Shown here: positions 1 to 11,180 of the stretch, piece by piece
Position numbering within the stretch: the first letter of the stretch is position 1
How the letters are laid out: every line of letters begins with the position of its first letter
Origin: Elsinoe ampelina
Lineage: Eukaryota
Length of the DNA stretch: 64,000 nucleotides
Direction of reading: 5' to 3'
Assembly: GCA_010093995.1 (NCBI GenBank)
Contig: ML992517.1
Coordinates: 200,677 to 264,676, forward strand
Made by a program: the position numbers and the translations under genes
The notes under the pieces: model-generated
The model's input: the letters and a program-made list of their open reading frames with translations, nothing else
Database searches by the model: none
What the model was told of the DNA's origin: nothing

Positions 1-2
1 TT

Positions 3-431
3 GACGGCAAGGAGATCACCCTCGCCGCCATGGGCCGTGTCGCCACAACAGACCTCGCACGTGACTACCTAGAATGGTCCTTCAGCGGCGCAGTCGCCAC
101 ACAAGATCTGCACACGCCGGCTCGTGCACTCGCGCTCAACTCGGCGGTCCGAGGAGAAGTTTGGACCTTCATCAAGAAGAACTGGCCCACGATTTTTGAG
201 AAGCTCAGTGGGAACATGGTAGTATTGGAGCGGTATCTCAGAATGAGCTTGACGAAGTATGCAAGTTTTGAGATCGAGAAGGACATTGAGAACTTCTTCA
301 AGGACAAAGACCAAAAGGGCTTTGACAGGGGGCTGAGCGTTGCGTCGGATACGATCAAGGGGCTAGCAGGGTATAGGGAGCGAGATGGAGAAGTGATCAA
401 GGAGTGGCTGGAAGCCAGAGGCTACAAATAG
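3..431 (+). CDS. M1 family (Ape2/Aap1-like) aminopeptidase, C-terminal ERAP1-like domain; 5' part lies outside the window
   Basis: Frame is open from base 3: DGKEITLAAMGR...VATQDLHT...VWTFIKKNWPTI...DIENFFKDKDQKGFDRGL...DTIKGLAGYRERDGEVIKEWLEARGYK*, a typical fungal puromycin-sensitive aminopeptidase C-terminus. Confidence 0.9.
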   Translation, partial: DGKEITLAAMGRVATTDLARDYLEWSFSGAVATQDLHTPARALALNSAVRGEVWTFIKKNWPTIFEKLSGNMVVLERYLRMSLTKYASFEIEKDIENFFKDKDQKGFDRGLSVASDTIKGLAGYRERDGEVIKEWLEARGYK

Positions 432-591
432 GTGAATGACCAGAGAAGAGGCGAAGGCGGGCATTCAGACTATCAAAGCGCACTGTGGTTGCGCTGACAT
501 CAGCAAGGTGTCGAAGATCAAAGCCATCTCCAAATCCCATGCTGCGAAGCTCTTGTCGATCCGATCTTTGCTCGATGTCTCTCAATCAGAT

Positions 592-1366
592 TCAGTACAT
601 CGTAGGGTCACTCTTGTTCTTGTTGTCCTCATCGTCATCACGGATAGGTCGAGCAGAACGTTTGTACTTCCCGCCCCTCTTCTTCCCCTTCCTCTGCTTC
701 TTTGACTCAGCCCGGCGGTCGTCTTCGGCGAATTCCTAGTGATCGAGCTTGGACGACTTGTCGGCTTTGCCCACCCATGGATCAGTTGATGTGAGAGGAC
801 ACTTGTACTGGAGCTGGTCGGATTGGGAGCGGGTTCTGTCGTACGTGGAAGCGGCGGTGGGATCCTCCCTGATGCTGGAGTTGATAGGGTCTGCCGCCGT
901 GGGGCGTGCCGTAGTCCTCCGTTGACTCATCGTCCTGATCGGCCTCGTACTCCATGGCAGCGTTGATGCGGCGCTCGATCTCTTCCAGAGACTTGTCAAT
1001 ATCGTCGTACACAACTTCCGACTGGACCGTCTCCGGCCTCGTGGCACGAAGCTGAGGGGTGAGTCGTTTGACCAGAGTCACCAAATCTTTGATGATCTCT
1101 CCCTTGGACCTGACCTGCTCTTGCATCTGAAGCCTGTGCTTGGCCTCCTGCTCTTCTAGCAGTTTCTCATAGCGCTGATTGCCCACCATTCTCGTTTGCC
1201 ATTCCACGTGGCGCTCCGCCTTGTCTTCTTTCTTGGACTCAAAGTGCTTGTCATGTAGAGCCCGAAATTCCTGACGAAACAGCTCCTGTCGGCGGTACGG
1301 CTCTCTCTTCAAAACAACCACCTGCTGTTCTGGAGCGAGTGTTTTCAGCTCATCCATGGTCATCAT
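592..1366 (-). pseudogene. Orphan coiled-coil/charged protein gene, interrupted (probable +1 frameshift at 901-904 and in-frame TAG at 736-738) or spliced near 808-736
   Basis: 194-aa ORF with a coiled-coil, E/K/Q-rich N-terminal part. After DYGTP the GC3-biased coding signal moves to the next frame (PTAADPINSSIREDPTAAS...KLDH*EFAEDDRRAESKKQRKGKKRGG...PTMY*), ending at TGA 594-592. Confidence 0.5.
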
Positions 1367-2747
1367 CTTGGTTCCACGAAATTGAATGAGAGTGTATGTG
1401 AAAGAAGTCAGAAGAAAAAGTGGACGGGGAGAATAGAGCGCGAAGGTCGAGATGCGGCGCCGAGGAGGGCGGTGGAGCCTCCCGCGGCGATACGAATGTG
1501 CTTGTACTACCGAAACGCCTCTAGATCCAAAGTGCGGGACATGGGCTCATGGGAGTGGCCCCAGGCGATCAGTCGACGGGATGAACAATCTTAGTTGCTT
1601 TCCAAGTGCTTCTACAATCTTGCACCGTCCAAACTGCGAGGATGCGACATGGCGTTCGAAGAGACCGCATTTCCCACCAACTTGGAATCCGGACACCTCT
1701 TGCCAATTTCTCGAAGAGCTTGTTTTTGCAACATCGATCACTTTTGCAGGATCCAGCTGTCGAACGGCTTGCTGTGTAGTGGGAAAGTGAGGTCGGCAAG
1801 CTGCAGCCAAACGCGACAGTTTGAGAACTCCGTCCAGCCGAATCAGGAAAAGCGTGGCGCTTGTCTGGGATCCTCCCGCACACTTCTTCTGCTCCCTGCT
1901 GCATTAAACATCATCCCAGACCGACAAACGGCCATCCACGATCGCCATTCGTCAACTTATCTGTCGTTTGTAATGCGACTGGGAATTGAAGGCGTCGCAA
2001 TCACTTTCGCAAACGGCACTCATCGGGCCCGAAACCATTGGGAGCTTGGGCTCACCGCTAGGTGCGACCAGCTTAGACCGGCATCGATCAATGAACGCAC
2101 GCAGTGCAGGAGGCTTCACCTGTTTGTCGTGCCGAAAAACGCGAAGCTTGTACCCTCTCACGTTGGTGGCAGAAAGTCAGCCGCACGGCAGCATGGCTTC
2201 ATACGCGCTGTCGCCACAACTTTGGAGATCCACAACACCATGGACGTATTGTCAGCCGCCAATTCCGCCTAGCTGTAATGTGATGTTTGGTCGTTGTCGT
2301 TTTTAGAGGTGCTGCCGTGTCCGTGCAAATAGTCCGAATCGTGTGGATTGTGCCTGTTCGATGCCTCTCCTTCGATCGGAGCATGTGAGTGGATCCTCAT
2401 GTTTTCTCGTCTCGAGATGCTTGTCTCAACGTACTTGTCACTTTCCGCTCCCGCGTAACTCTGGTCACTAGTGTGACGCTAGTGCTTTGTACGCTGTGTG
2501 CTGCGTTTGCATGCTCCTTCCAAAAACTACTGCCGTATCGCCTGCAACCAGTCTTTACCTTTCAAGATCTCATTCCACATCCAAACACTCTTCCCCATCT
2601 ACATCGTGTCACAATATTCGATACTACCACACTCATACCACACTCATACGACAGGCCACCGTTCCACATACTAGCCTGCACAAGCTGCAACTACAAGCAA
2701 CCTTGCGCCTTCATCGTTTCGCGCGAGGGTAGGCTCCCTTCGTGAAT

Positions 2748-3095
2748 GCGACGCCCCTCCAGATCCAGATACACCCCCACTTGTCCGACTTCAGGCAAGC
2801 AACGTCCTACCAGATATAGCATACGACGTCTTTGCCGATCCAGGCAGGCGACGTCCCACCGTATCCAGCCAAGCGGCGTCCTACCCAATCCACATAGGCG
2901 AAATCCTCTCCGACTCCAGGCGGACGACATCCTACCAGATCCAGACAGGCGACTCCTACCAGATCCAGACAAGCGACGTTCTTCCAGATCCACACAAGCG
3001 ACGTCCTACCAGATCCACACAAGCGACGTTCTATCAGATCCACACAAGCGACATTCTATCAGATCCACACAAGCGACGCCCTACCAGATTCAGGC
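2748..3095 (+). repeat. 25-bp minisatellite, about 13-14 degenerate copies, consensus AGATCCACACAAGCGACGTCCTACC
   Basis: Near-perfect units at 2961-2985, 2986-3010, 3011-3035, 3036-3060 and 3061-3085. Copies degenerate progressively leftwards to about 2750. No unique spacers. Confidence 0.92.
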
Positions 3096-3103
3096 ATACA
3101 AAG

Positions 3104-6100
3104 ATGGCAGCGGATACCTCTGCCGGCGAAGATGCCTCCATTGACCCTGAGGAAGTGCGGCAAATGACTGCTTCTGTACAGGAACGGCTCACGCCAGCGG
3201 CGAGTATCTCATCCAAGAGGAGGAAGTCTGCCAGAAAGAAAAGGGTCTCCACCAACACAAAGAAGCTGCGCTTGACTGAGCATCACGGCCAGACTGAGGC
3301 ACAGCTCAAAGGGCGCTAGCGCTTCCGAGACTCATCTCCGACACCCGGCGTAAGTGCTATCATATCGGTTCCAGGTGAATGCTAATCGTCTGCCAGGCCA
3401 AGACTACAAAGTCAAGCTCTGGTAGTAGTGCCTCTTTGCCGGAACGTATGAAGAGAGGAGAGGTCCTGTCACGCGGTCCGAGGAGAATCGCACAACCATC
3501 CACACCCACAATGCGTAACACGGCAGATCTTGCGATCAGGAGCATTGGTCATCGCAACGTCAAGCATCCAGGCCCCTCGGCAATCAATATTGAGCCCTAT
3601 TCCGCTCCGCAGCCCTTTTTCGATGTCCCTCCAGGCAGTCACAGGCGCAGTGGATTTGAAAAAGGCGCTGCAATTTTTCCTGACGTCGGCGTCACCTCCG
3701 AACCATCCGCGGTCTCTGGAGCGAAGCAGCACCAATCGGTCGAACACAACCCTAGCATGTCGCAGCAAGGCTCCGCCTCCAGCCAGGCCAGGCACGCACC
3801 GCACTCGTCCTACCAGAACGGCTCACCTGTACAGCTAACCGAAGCCCCGAGCTTGATCCAACAGCCCGCGCCCGCACTGAGCCCTACGCACAACCACCAC
3901 ACTCAGCACTCGGTCATGCCTCCGATCAACCTCTCCGGTGCGCAGTCAGCATTACCCAGCTCTGGTCGTCCCCTTTCCTCCATCTCGGAGCAGCCAACAC
4001 ACCCCAGCGTAGACCTGTCAATCTCCACTGGTTCCTCTAGGGGCATACCACAAGGCGCTCAGGCGTACGGTACCCGCGAGATGAACCCCATTTGGCAGCA
4101 TGGATCGTATCAGCCTCTGCAATACCAGCCTCAAGCTTCACCACTGTACTTTCCAACCCCATCATATGAAGACATGCGAATTCGGCCTGGGTGGGGTGTT
4201 CCTACACCTCCCAATCCTTACTTGGGCAGTCGCTTCGACGTTACTGGTAGTTCTGCATTTACGTCAGGTCTTACTCATGATATTGCTCGTACGACAGCAG
4301 GCGCTACTGGTACTTCGACTGGCATTACAGGTCTCCTTCATAGTGATACTCCTACTCAAATCGGCGTTACTGGTAGTTCTGTTGATCGATTCCAGCCTCA
4401 TGAACATATTCCAACCGGCGCTTTCGACATCGCTGGCAGTACGGCTACCGAGCGGGGGCTTTTTTCTCCTCAGCCTGCTCCTGTCGCGAACATGTTGGGC
4501 TCGAGCATCCCCAACGGAGCTGTTTCGACTGAATTCAACACATGGGAACTGGACCTGCCGGAATTCACGATAGATGAGCAGCAATTGCTCGAAGGAATGG
4601 ATCTCGGCGATCTTGACGGACTTGTCACCGATCCCGGTCCTGATGGATCTACTGCATTGCTTAGCTCCGTGCCTCCACCATCATCGCCAAATCAGGACTC
4701 AGAAGATGATCTATTCGTGAGACCATACACTCCAGTGCCCGACGAAGAATGGCTACCGGATGCTCAGTCTGGATCGTCGCCTCTCTCCTCTGTCATTTCG
4801 CACCCATCAGCCGACGCCGATGATGTAGAGTTGATGCATTCGTCAGATCGAAGAGGCGCCAAGAAAGGTAGCAGGAAGCCACCACAAGCTGGAGAGAAGA
4901 AAGTCGTACGAAAGAAGCTTGTGAAGACGACAATGACAGTTCCAAGGCCTCCAACACCGGTCGTCGGGAATGACACATTGGACGCCGACCGAGAATGGTC
5001 CTATATCAAGGCGAAGGCTCTGTATGATCTATCAGATCATTCAAAACCTTCCCAGAAAGCCTTCGCCACAGTGCTGCTCGCAATCATTCGTCAAGCGGAG
5101 GAGGACGCATCTCTACATGCAGCTCTTCCCGGCCAGGTCACTGACCAGAAGACAACGATATCTGACGAGGAGATCATCACAGAGAAGCGTCCTGACCCCC
5201 CGAAGAAAGTGACCCCGGCAACATTTCAGTATCCCACTTCTCGGATGGGGTTTAGGGATATACCATGCATCGAGATCGTTCGACTCGCTCAAGGAGTTTG
5301 GCTCCACGACACTGGTATCGAGACCTTTCTCAGATCCATTGCGGATAATGATCCGACATGTTTCTACATCCCTCCCCATGAGATGGCCGTATTCCTGCCA
5401 GACTTCTTCTACTCACCAGACATCGAAGAATGGCGAAAAGCACAGCAACAAGCGCTCCAGAAGTACAGTGATGACTTCATACATGGCACGGATATCTATC
5501 GGAGCATACGAACAATTCCCGCGGCAGCCACCAGAATCGTTGCGGCCCGTAACTATGATGGCAATCACTGGACAATCATTTGCATTGACATGGAGAACGA
5601 TACTGTGGTGGAATATGATTCGATACCAACCACAAGACGAATGAGCAACGCATCGTTCGCTAATGGCAAATTCGCCACCTTCGTTGCCCTAAAGCAAGGT
5701 CGAGACCGTACAGGACGACCGCCATGGAAGGTGTCCTACGAAACGCTTGGTGTGCAGCCCAATGGTTATGATTGCGGCATTTACGTCATACAGCACGGAT
5801 ATGAGTTCCTTCGACGTCAAAGTTTCACAGAACCTACCGTCGATCACGTGCAATTAGGGCTGAGGGCTGGAGCCACCACTTTTCAGGAACTCGGACGCTC
5901 TGAACGCGACTTGGCGGCTCACAACTACGGTCTCTGGACGCGCTACCAATGGCTCCGCTCTCAAGCAAGCCTGATGCTCGGCGACGTCGGGCCTGCGAAT
6001 CTGCCACTCGACGACCAAATCGGACCCAACACCGAATACCTCGTCACTGAGGAGGTCGACGATGATGACGACGCGGTACCAGATACGACAGATGGTGATG

Positions 6101-9100
6101 TCGTAGACACTTCCGAGCCAGAGATAAATACCGAGGAATATGAAGACACAGCTCACCTACTGCGGGAGGCTCCGCTGGCGACTGGTGCGCTCCCGAACGA
6201 GGCATTTGGTCTCCGCGGCTTGCTATATGAGGCACTCCAAGCGGCAGGGCCTGTCGGTACGACGCTTGATATCCTGACACAACGCATCACTGCACGACTC
6301 CTGGCCCTAGGAGTCGAGCCGCCACAAGATCTTCCCAAGCATCTTGAAAGTCTACTGCGTCAGGCCCCGATGTTCTTCACGTCACGTTACATCGAATCAC
6401 CGGCATCTTCGAACGAAATGGACGAAGACTTCGCTGCCGGTCAAGCGGATACACTCTTCTGGTCTGCTAATTCTGGCTTGACCAAGCAGTTGAGTAGTAG
6501 CTATGTCCGCAGCCTCCTTCGTACAATTTCACAGGAGTCCGAACTCTCATATACTGGAATACAAGACCATGCGCACTCAAACAGCCTCGTCATATACATC
6601 GCGCGATTCAGCGGAATGATCAGGCCGCGACATCTGAAAGCCTTTGAGTCCAGCTCTCGCCAGAATACTTACGCATATTGCCACACGCTCAGCTCGCGGT
6701 CCACTTTGCCGAAGATTTACAACGATAGCGAAGATCTCCACCATCGGTATATCACTTGCTTACTCCCCGGGACAAGGGGCATTGTTCCCCTTCTTAACAT
6801 GCTGAGATTGAACTCGGACGTGCTCAAAGCCCTACGTCGCTACAACGATGAGGCTGGACCTGAGAGATCCCTTGTGACCATTTTGCAATCTGGCTTGGAT
6901 GGATCAAGTGTCAAAAGTGACTCTTACGAGGCTATCATCCAGGAATACCCCAACATACGCTTCAGACAAGTTGTTGGTATTTATTCGACCAAAACCACTT
7001 CACAGGTCTCGAACTCAATGCGTCCCCTGACTGATGCCATTTTGCCATACTTCCGAGTGGCATGCCTGCATAAGCCGAGGGCTTTCCCAACTCACGGGCA
7101 TGTACTTTGGGGAATATTCGAGGCAGAGCTATTGGCGCGTCTAAACATGGTCGCTCGATCTGAAGAAATCGACCATGAGAAGCTGACGTCTGGCCTGGGT
7201 ATCTCCGAGAATCCTACCTCCCAACGAGATGTTGTGCTAGGCCACCAGCAATTCCTGCTTGCCCTAAACCTGCAGATCTGTTGGAGATACGATTGCAGAC
7301 AGAAAGTCGACCACAACATGAGCCAGACTCCTCTAGGTAGAAGTATTGGAACATTCGCTGGTCTCTATTCTTCTGGACTGGGCCGCAACTCTAATTTTCT
7401 CGACGAGTGTATGCCCGGGGATCCCGAGGACGCTGTGATCCGTTCCTGCGTGTTCTGCGACAGTACAACAACAACGCAACAGTGGTGGGGGAGCATGTAC
7501 CCACGCCCAGGTTTCGTCAATCTGCCGTTGACGGGGTTTCACTGTGATGGCCGGGAATGTATGGCCAAGGAGCAGAAGTTGCGGAGCGTTATGCCAGCCT
7601 TGAAAGGTCCACGTCTAGGCAGACTTGCGACGCCAACAGTCATCGCTGAGTTGCGGCAGCGCCGTGAGCGCGCACTGCAAGAGAAGCTTTGCTTCCACGA
7701 GGATCACACGATAGCCAGACTGCTTGATGGCTTCGACTTTGCCGTTGCAGAGCATGATGCCGTCTGCGAGAAAAGACAGGGCATTGTACTGTGGGGAGCT
7801 GAAGCCGTGTGCGACTACATCTTGCACGATGAGGACGGGAAGCCAGCCGGAATCCCCGATGTTTTCCTCTCAAGCTCACGGGTGAAAAGCTTGGAATACC
7901 TTAAGCAATACCTTGTCCAGCACGATTATGCCGCCACTGTCTGGGATCTGGTGGGATTCATCTTCAGGCATCGTTTACGTCATCAGCGCCTAGGTGGCGA
8001 GTCAAAGCTGGACCGTCCGCATGAAGACAGCAATGCCGATGAGGGCGATGTAGATGACGGCTACGACAAGAATGAGGATGCTTTAGAGGACTATGGCGAG
8101 GAAGATCCTTCTTCGGACGAATCAGACGACTCAAGCGACGACGACCCAAAAGCTGATGGACCGGGTGGCCAGATCGAAAGTCGAGATAGTTCTGGGGACC
8201 GGGAGGAGCGCCTCATGGAGTTGGTCTCATATGGTCTCTTCTATGCTCATGCAGCGATGCTGCTTTCTGATGTTCCCATTCGCGAAACGTTCAATAGACG
8301 GGTCGTTCGCCTCCAGCGTGAAGTTGGCGTGATGGGAAGAGACTGGACGCCTGATGATGACTTGAAGATGATGGAGCTTTAGGAAGCCAATAAGGACCGA
8401 AATGGTGTTGCAGCGGCATTTGGACGGACCGTCGGATTCGTTTATCGCAGGATCCTGATGCTGAGGCGAGACCGCCGCGACGCTCATTACACCGATGCGG
8501 AGCTTGCACTTGCACGAACGCTTCACAAGAAAGGCGCTGATGATCTGACAATTGCCGCTGCCCTGAAGCGCAGCCCGGGCGCCATGTACCACCTGCATCG
8601 CTTCCTTGGTCTGAAGCGGAATAAGCGTCCCGAGGAAGTTCAAACCCCTTGGAAAGACTGGGAGCACGCTATACTGGTTCGAGGATGTGAACGCCGTCAT
8701 AGCGCCGCCCAGATTGCCTCATACCTTCCCCGTCGGTCCCTAAAGGCCATCCAATTCAGAATACATGCTTACAATCTCGTTCCCGGTGAACGCCGGGAAA
8801 TTACTGAAGAACAACGTCAAATCATTCTCAAGAGATACGATCAGCAAATATCCTTCAAGGAGATTGCCGAGGAACTGGACATCGGATTGGAACCGTTACG
8901 CGTTTTCATCAAGGGTGAATTTCCCGATGCTTCACGGGCTCATGGACTTTGGCGTGCTGCCGAAGATCAGAAGCTATTGAAGTTGAAGAAAGATTATCCC
9001 AACATGACTTACAAGGACATGGCAGATCGACACTTTCCAGGCCGAGATCTAAATGCTTTGTCTAGCAGACTGGCCAGACTTCGAGCGATTGAGCGTGCCA

Positions 9101-9876
9101 GGCTGCTGGCGGACGGTGCCCCAAGAGAAGGACTGAATACGCAATCTGTAGAGCAAGGAGCTTCGACACTGCTCGCACTGAAGAAGAAGGGCTGGACTAC
9201 CGAAGAGGACAAAAAGCTAGTGAGATTGAGGAAGGATCGTTCAGAAATGAAGTGGAGTGATGTAGCCGCTGAATTCCCAGGACGTTCCGTGAGGGGCATT
9301 CAGCAACGTTACTACTCTTACATGGACCGCGCGGAGATCGAACGCCTTGTCGCATTAGAAGACGCTGCCAATTCAGAGCCGAGCACACAGATGGCGCACA
9401 CTGGTAGTGCAGTCAACACCAATACTACCACGGTCGTAGCACAAGACAAGGCGGCCAAGACGACGATCATCAAACCCGATGGTCAGAACACCGGAAGAAC
9501 TACCAGGGCTGCCACGAAAGGATCAAGGACACGTTACGCTGAACAGGCAGAAGGCGAAGGAGAAGGCGGGGACGAAGGCGGGGACGAAGATGACAACGCC
9601 GGTGCTGATGGCCCCGATCAGGATTTTGCGCCAGACGAAGACACCAGCATGGTGAACACGGACGACGCAGGTGGTCCTGCTGGTAGACGCAGATCTTCCA
9701 GGCTCTCCGGTACAGGCAGTGGTAGTGCAACTCGTGGTGGTAGCGGGGGGTGGCGCAGGCATGGCGGAAGGTATTTTCTGAGGATTCTAATGGGACATGC
9801 GTTTGCAAGGGGCTTGGACTGGTACGGCTTGCATAGCGAGGAGCAATCTGAGAATTGCAGCGACCTGATGGTTTGA
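3104..9876 (+). CDS. Large multidomain nuclear protein (about 2,200 aa): Ulp1/C48 SUMO-protease-like domain, Cys4 GATA-like finger, six Myb/SANT-HTH repeats; two in-frame TAGs (3317, 8380), so recoded gene or young pseudogene
   Basis: ORFs 3104-3319, 3379-8382 and 8458-9876 join in frame, via a phase-0 intron 3350-3396 (GTAAGT..GCTAAT..CAG) and across the two TAGs. C48 motifs: WLHDTGIE, GNHWTIICID, EYDS, QPNGYDCGIYV (about 5295-5790). CVFCDSTTTTQQWW...HCDGREC at 7447-7560. Myb-like repeats such as WTTEEDKKLVRLRK...KWSDVAAEFPGRSVRGIQQRY. Basic NLS-like SKRRKSARKKR near the N-terminus. Confidence 0.8.
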
Positions 9877-10263
9877 GCGCGGCGCTTAGGAATCTGGGAT
9901 AGCGCTGACAGTACAGAGAATGTAAGATGGAATGAGAGCACAGCCTTTCACCCCTAGTCTCGAAGGAGTGATTGTGTCTCGATGTCAATTCGTATAAGAT
10001 GCGGCGTAAAGTGCAAGTGATCGTGGGAATTGACCATGCATGGAATGCACAGGAGAAAGGCAGCCGGCTATGCGAGCATGTCATTCCGGCAGCAATGCTA
10101 ATGGACTGACCATGATCTTCTTCAGGCTATTCGTTACGGAAATGAAGGAATGCTCATCATGTTCATGCTGGGTATCATACACACTCGTGCCTCCACTCCC
10201 TCATTCGATCGCCATGTCATTGATCCCCCTTGTCAGACCCGTACCTCTCCCCTCCAGCCCACC

Positions 10264-10771
10264 TCATAACCTAATCGCAACCTCCAAACACGGCACCCTC
10301 CACTCCCTCCTCCCCACCAACTCCCTCAACCATTGCGCCCCACTCATTATCCTCCCCTCTCCACCTAACCTTTCCCTCACCCCCTCCATGACCACCTGCG
10401 CCGCCGCACCAGCCGTCGAATTCAGTATCCCCTCCACCAACCCCTCTTTCTCGTCCGTCTTGTCCCAGTCCCAAAGATTATTCCGCGGCTCGAACCAATT
10501 ACTCCGCCAGTCGTAGAGAGAAGCGACGAGGATGGTGAGGAGGATGGAGCAGTAGAGGCAGGGTCGGTGGAGGTAGAATGTGGCTGTGATGAAGAGGAGG
10601 AGGTAGATGGGGGAGACGTTGGTTCTGTTAGAAAGGTCAGTAGGGCTGCTGATGCGGGGGTGGGATCAGGGAAGGAAGGGATGCGCCGGGAGGTGGGAAT
10701 AATTTGGTTGCAGAGGAAGCGTGGACGCACAAGAAGAAGAGAAGCGGTATCCAGGTGCGGAGACAGAACAT
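10264..10771 (-). CDS. BC10/BLCAP (bladder cancer-associated protein) family small membrane protein, 2 exons
   Basis: Not captured by the ORF track. Exon 1 10771-10731 MFCLRTWIPLLFF; intron 10730-10625 (GTGCGT..CTGAC..CAG); exon 2 TNVSPIYLLLFITATFYLHRPCLYCSILLTILVASLYDWRSNWFEP...CLEVAIRL*. Matches the BLCAP pattern MxCLxWxxPxL...[RK]PCxxC. Confidence 0.88.
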
Positions 10772-11180
10772 GCTGGGTGTGTGGAGGCTGCGACAGCCTG
10801 AGCGAGTGGGTGAGGACGCGGATGTTGTCGAGGTCGCAGAGGTCAAGTGACAGCCGTGGGGATTGAGCCGTGTCGATGCAGCCTACTCGAATACCTTTCT
10901 GGTTCGGTCGAGACTCAGATAAGCGAGTGTGGTCTAGGTGAAGAGAAAGCAGGGTCACCGAGGCTGGTATGTATGAGCGGGTGGTTTGGGGATATTTAAT
11001 GGCAGGACGAAATGCGCCGAGATGTCACAGCGGAGGCGGCTATCGCGGCTCATCAACATCAGGCAGAATCAATTTGTGACATGTGGCAACCTGAGCGTTC
11101 TGAATTTTACATTTCTTAAGATATTCTTACATGTGCTTACAGCAGTATAGCCATAACAATCATTGCAGCTGCAGCCAACA

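Noticed and set aside
1382..2745. ORFs of 70-225 aa between the divergent genes
   Set aside because: No recognisable domain or codon bias; probably intergenic or promoter sequence.
2748..3095. CRISPR-like array
   Set aside because: Units are contiguous with no unique spacers, there are no cas genes and the context is eukaryotic; it is a minisatellite.
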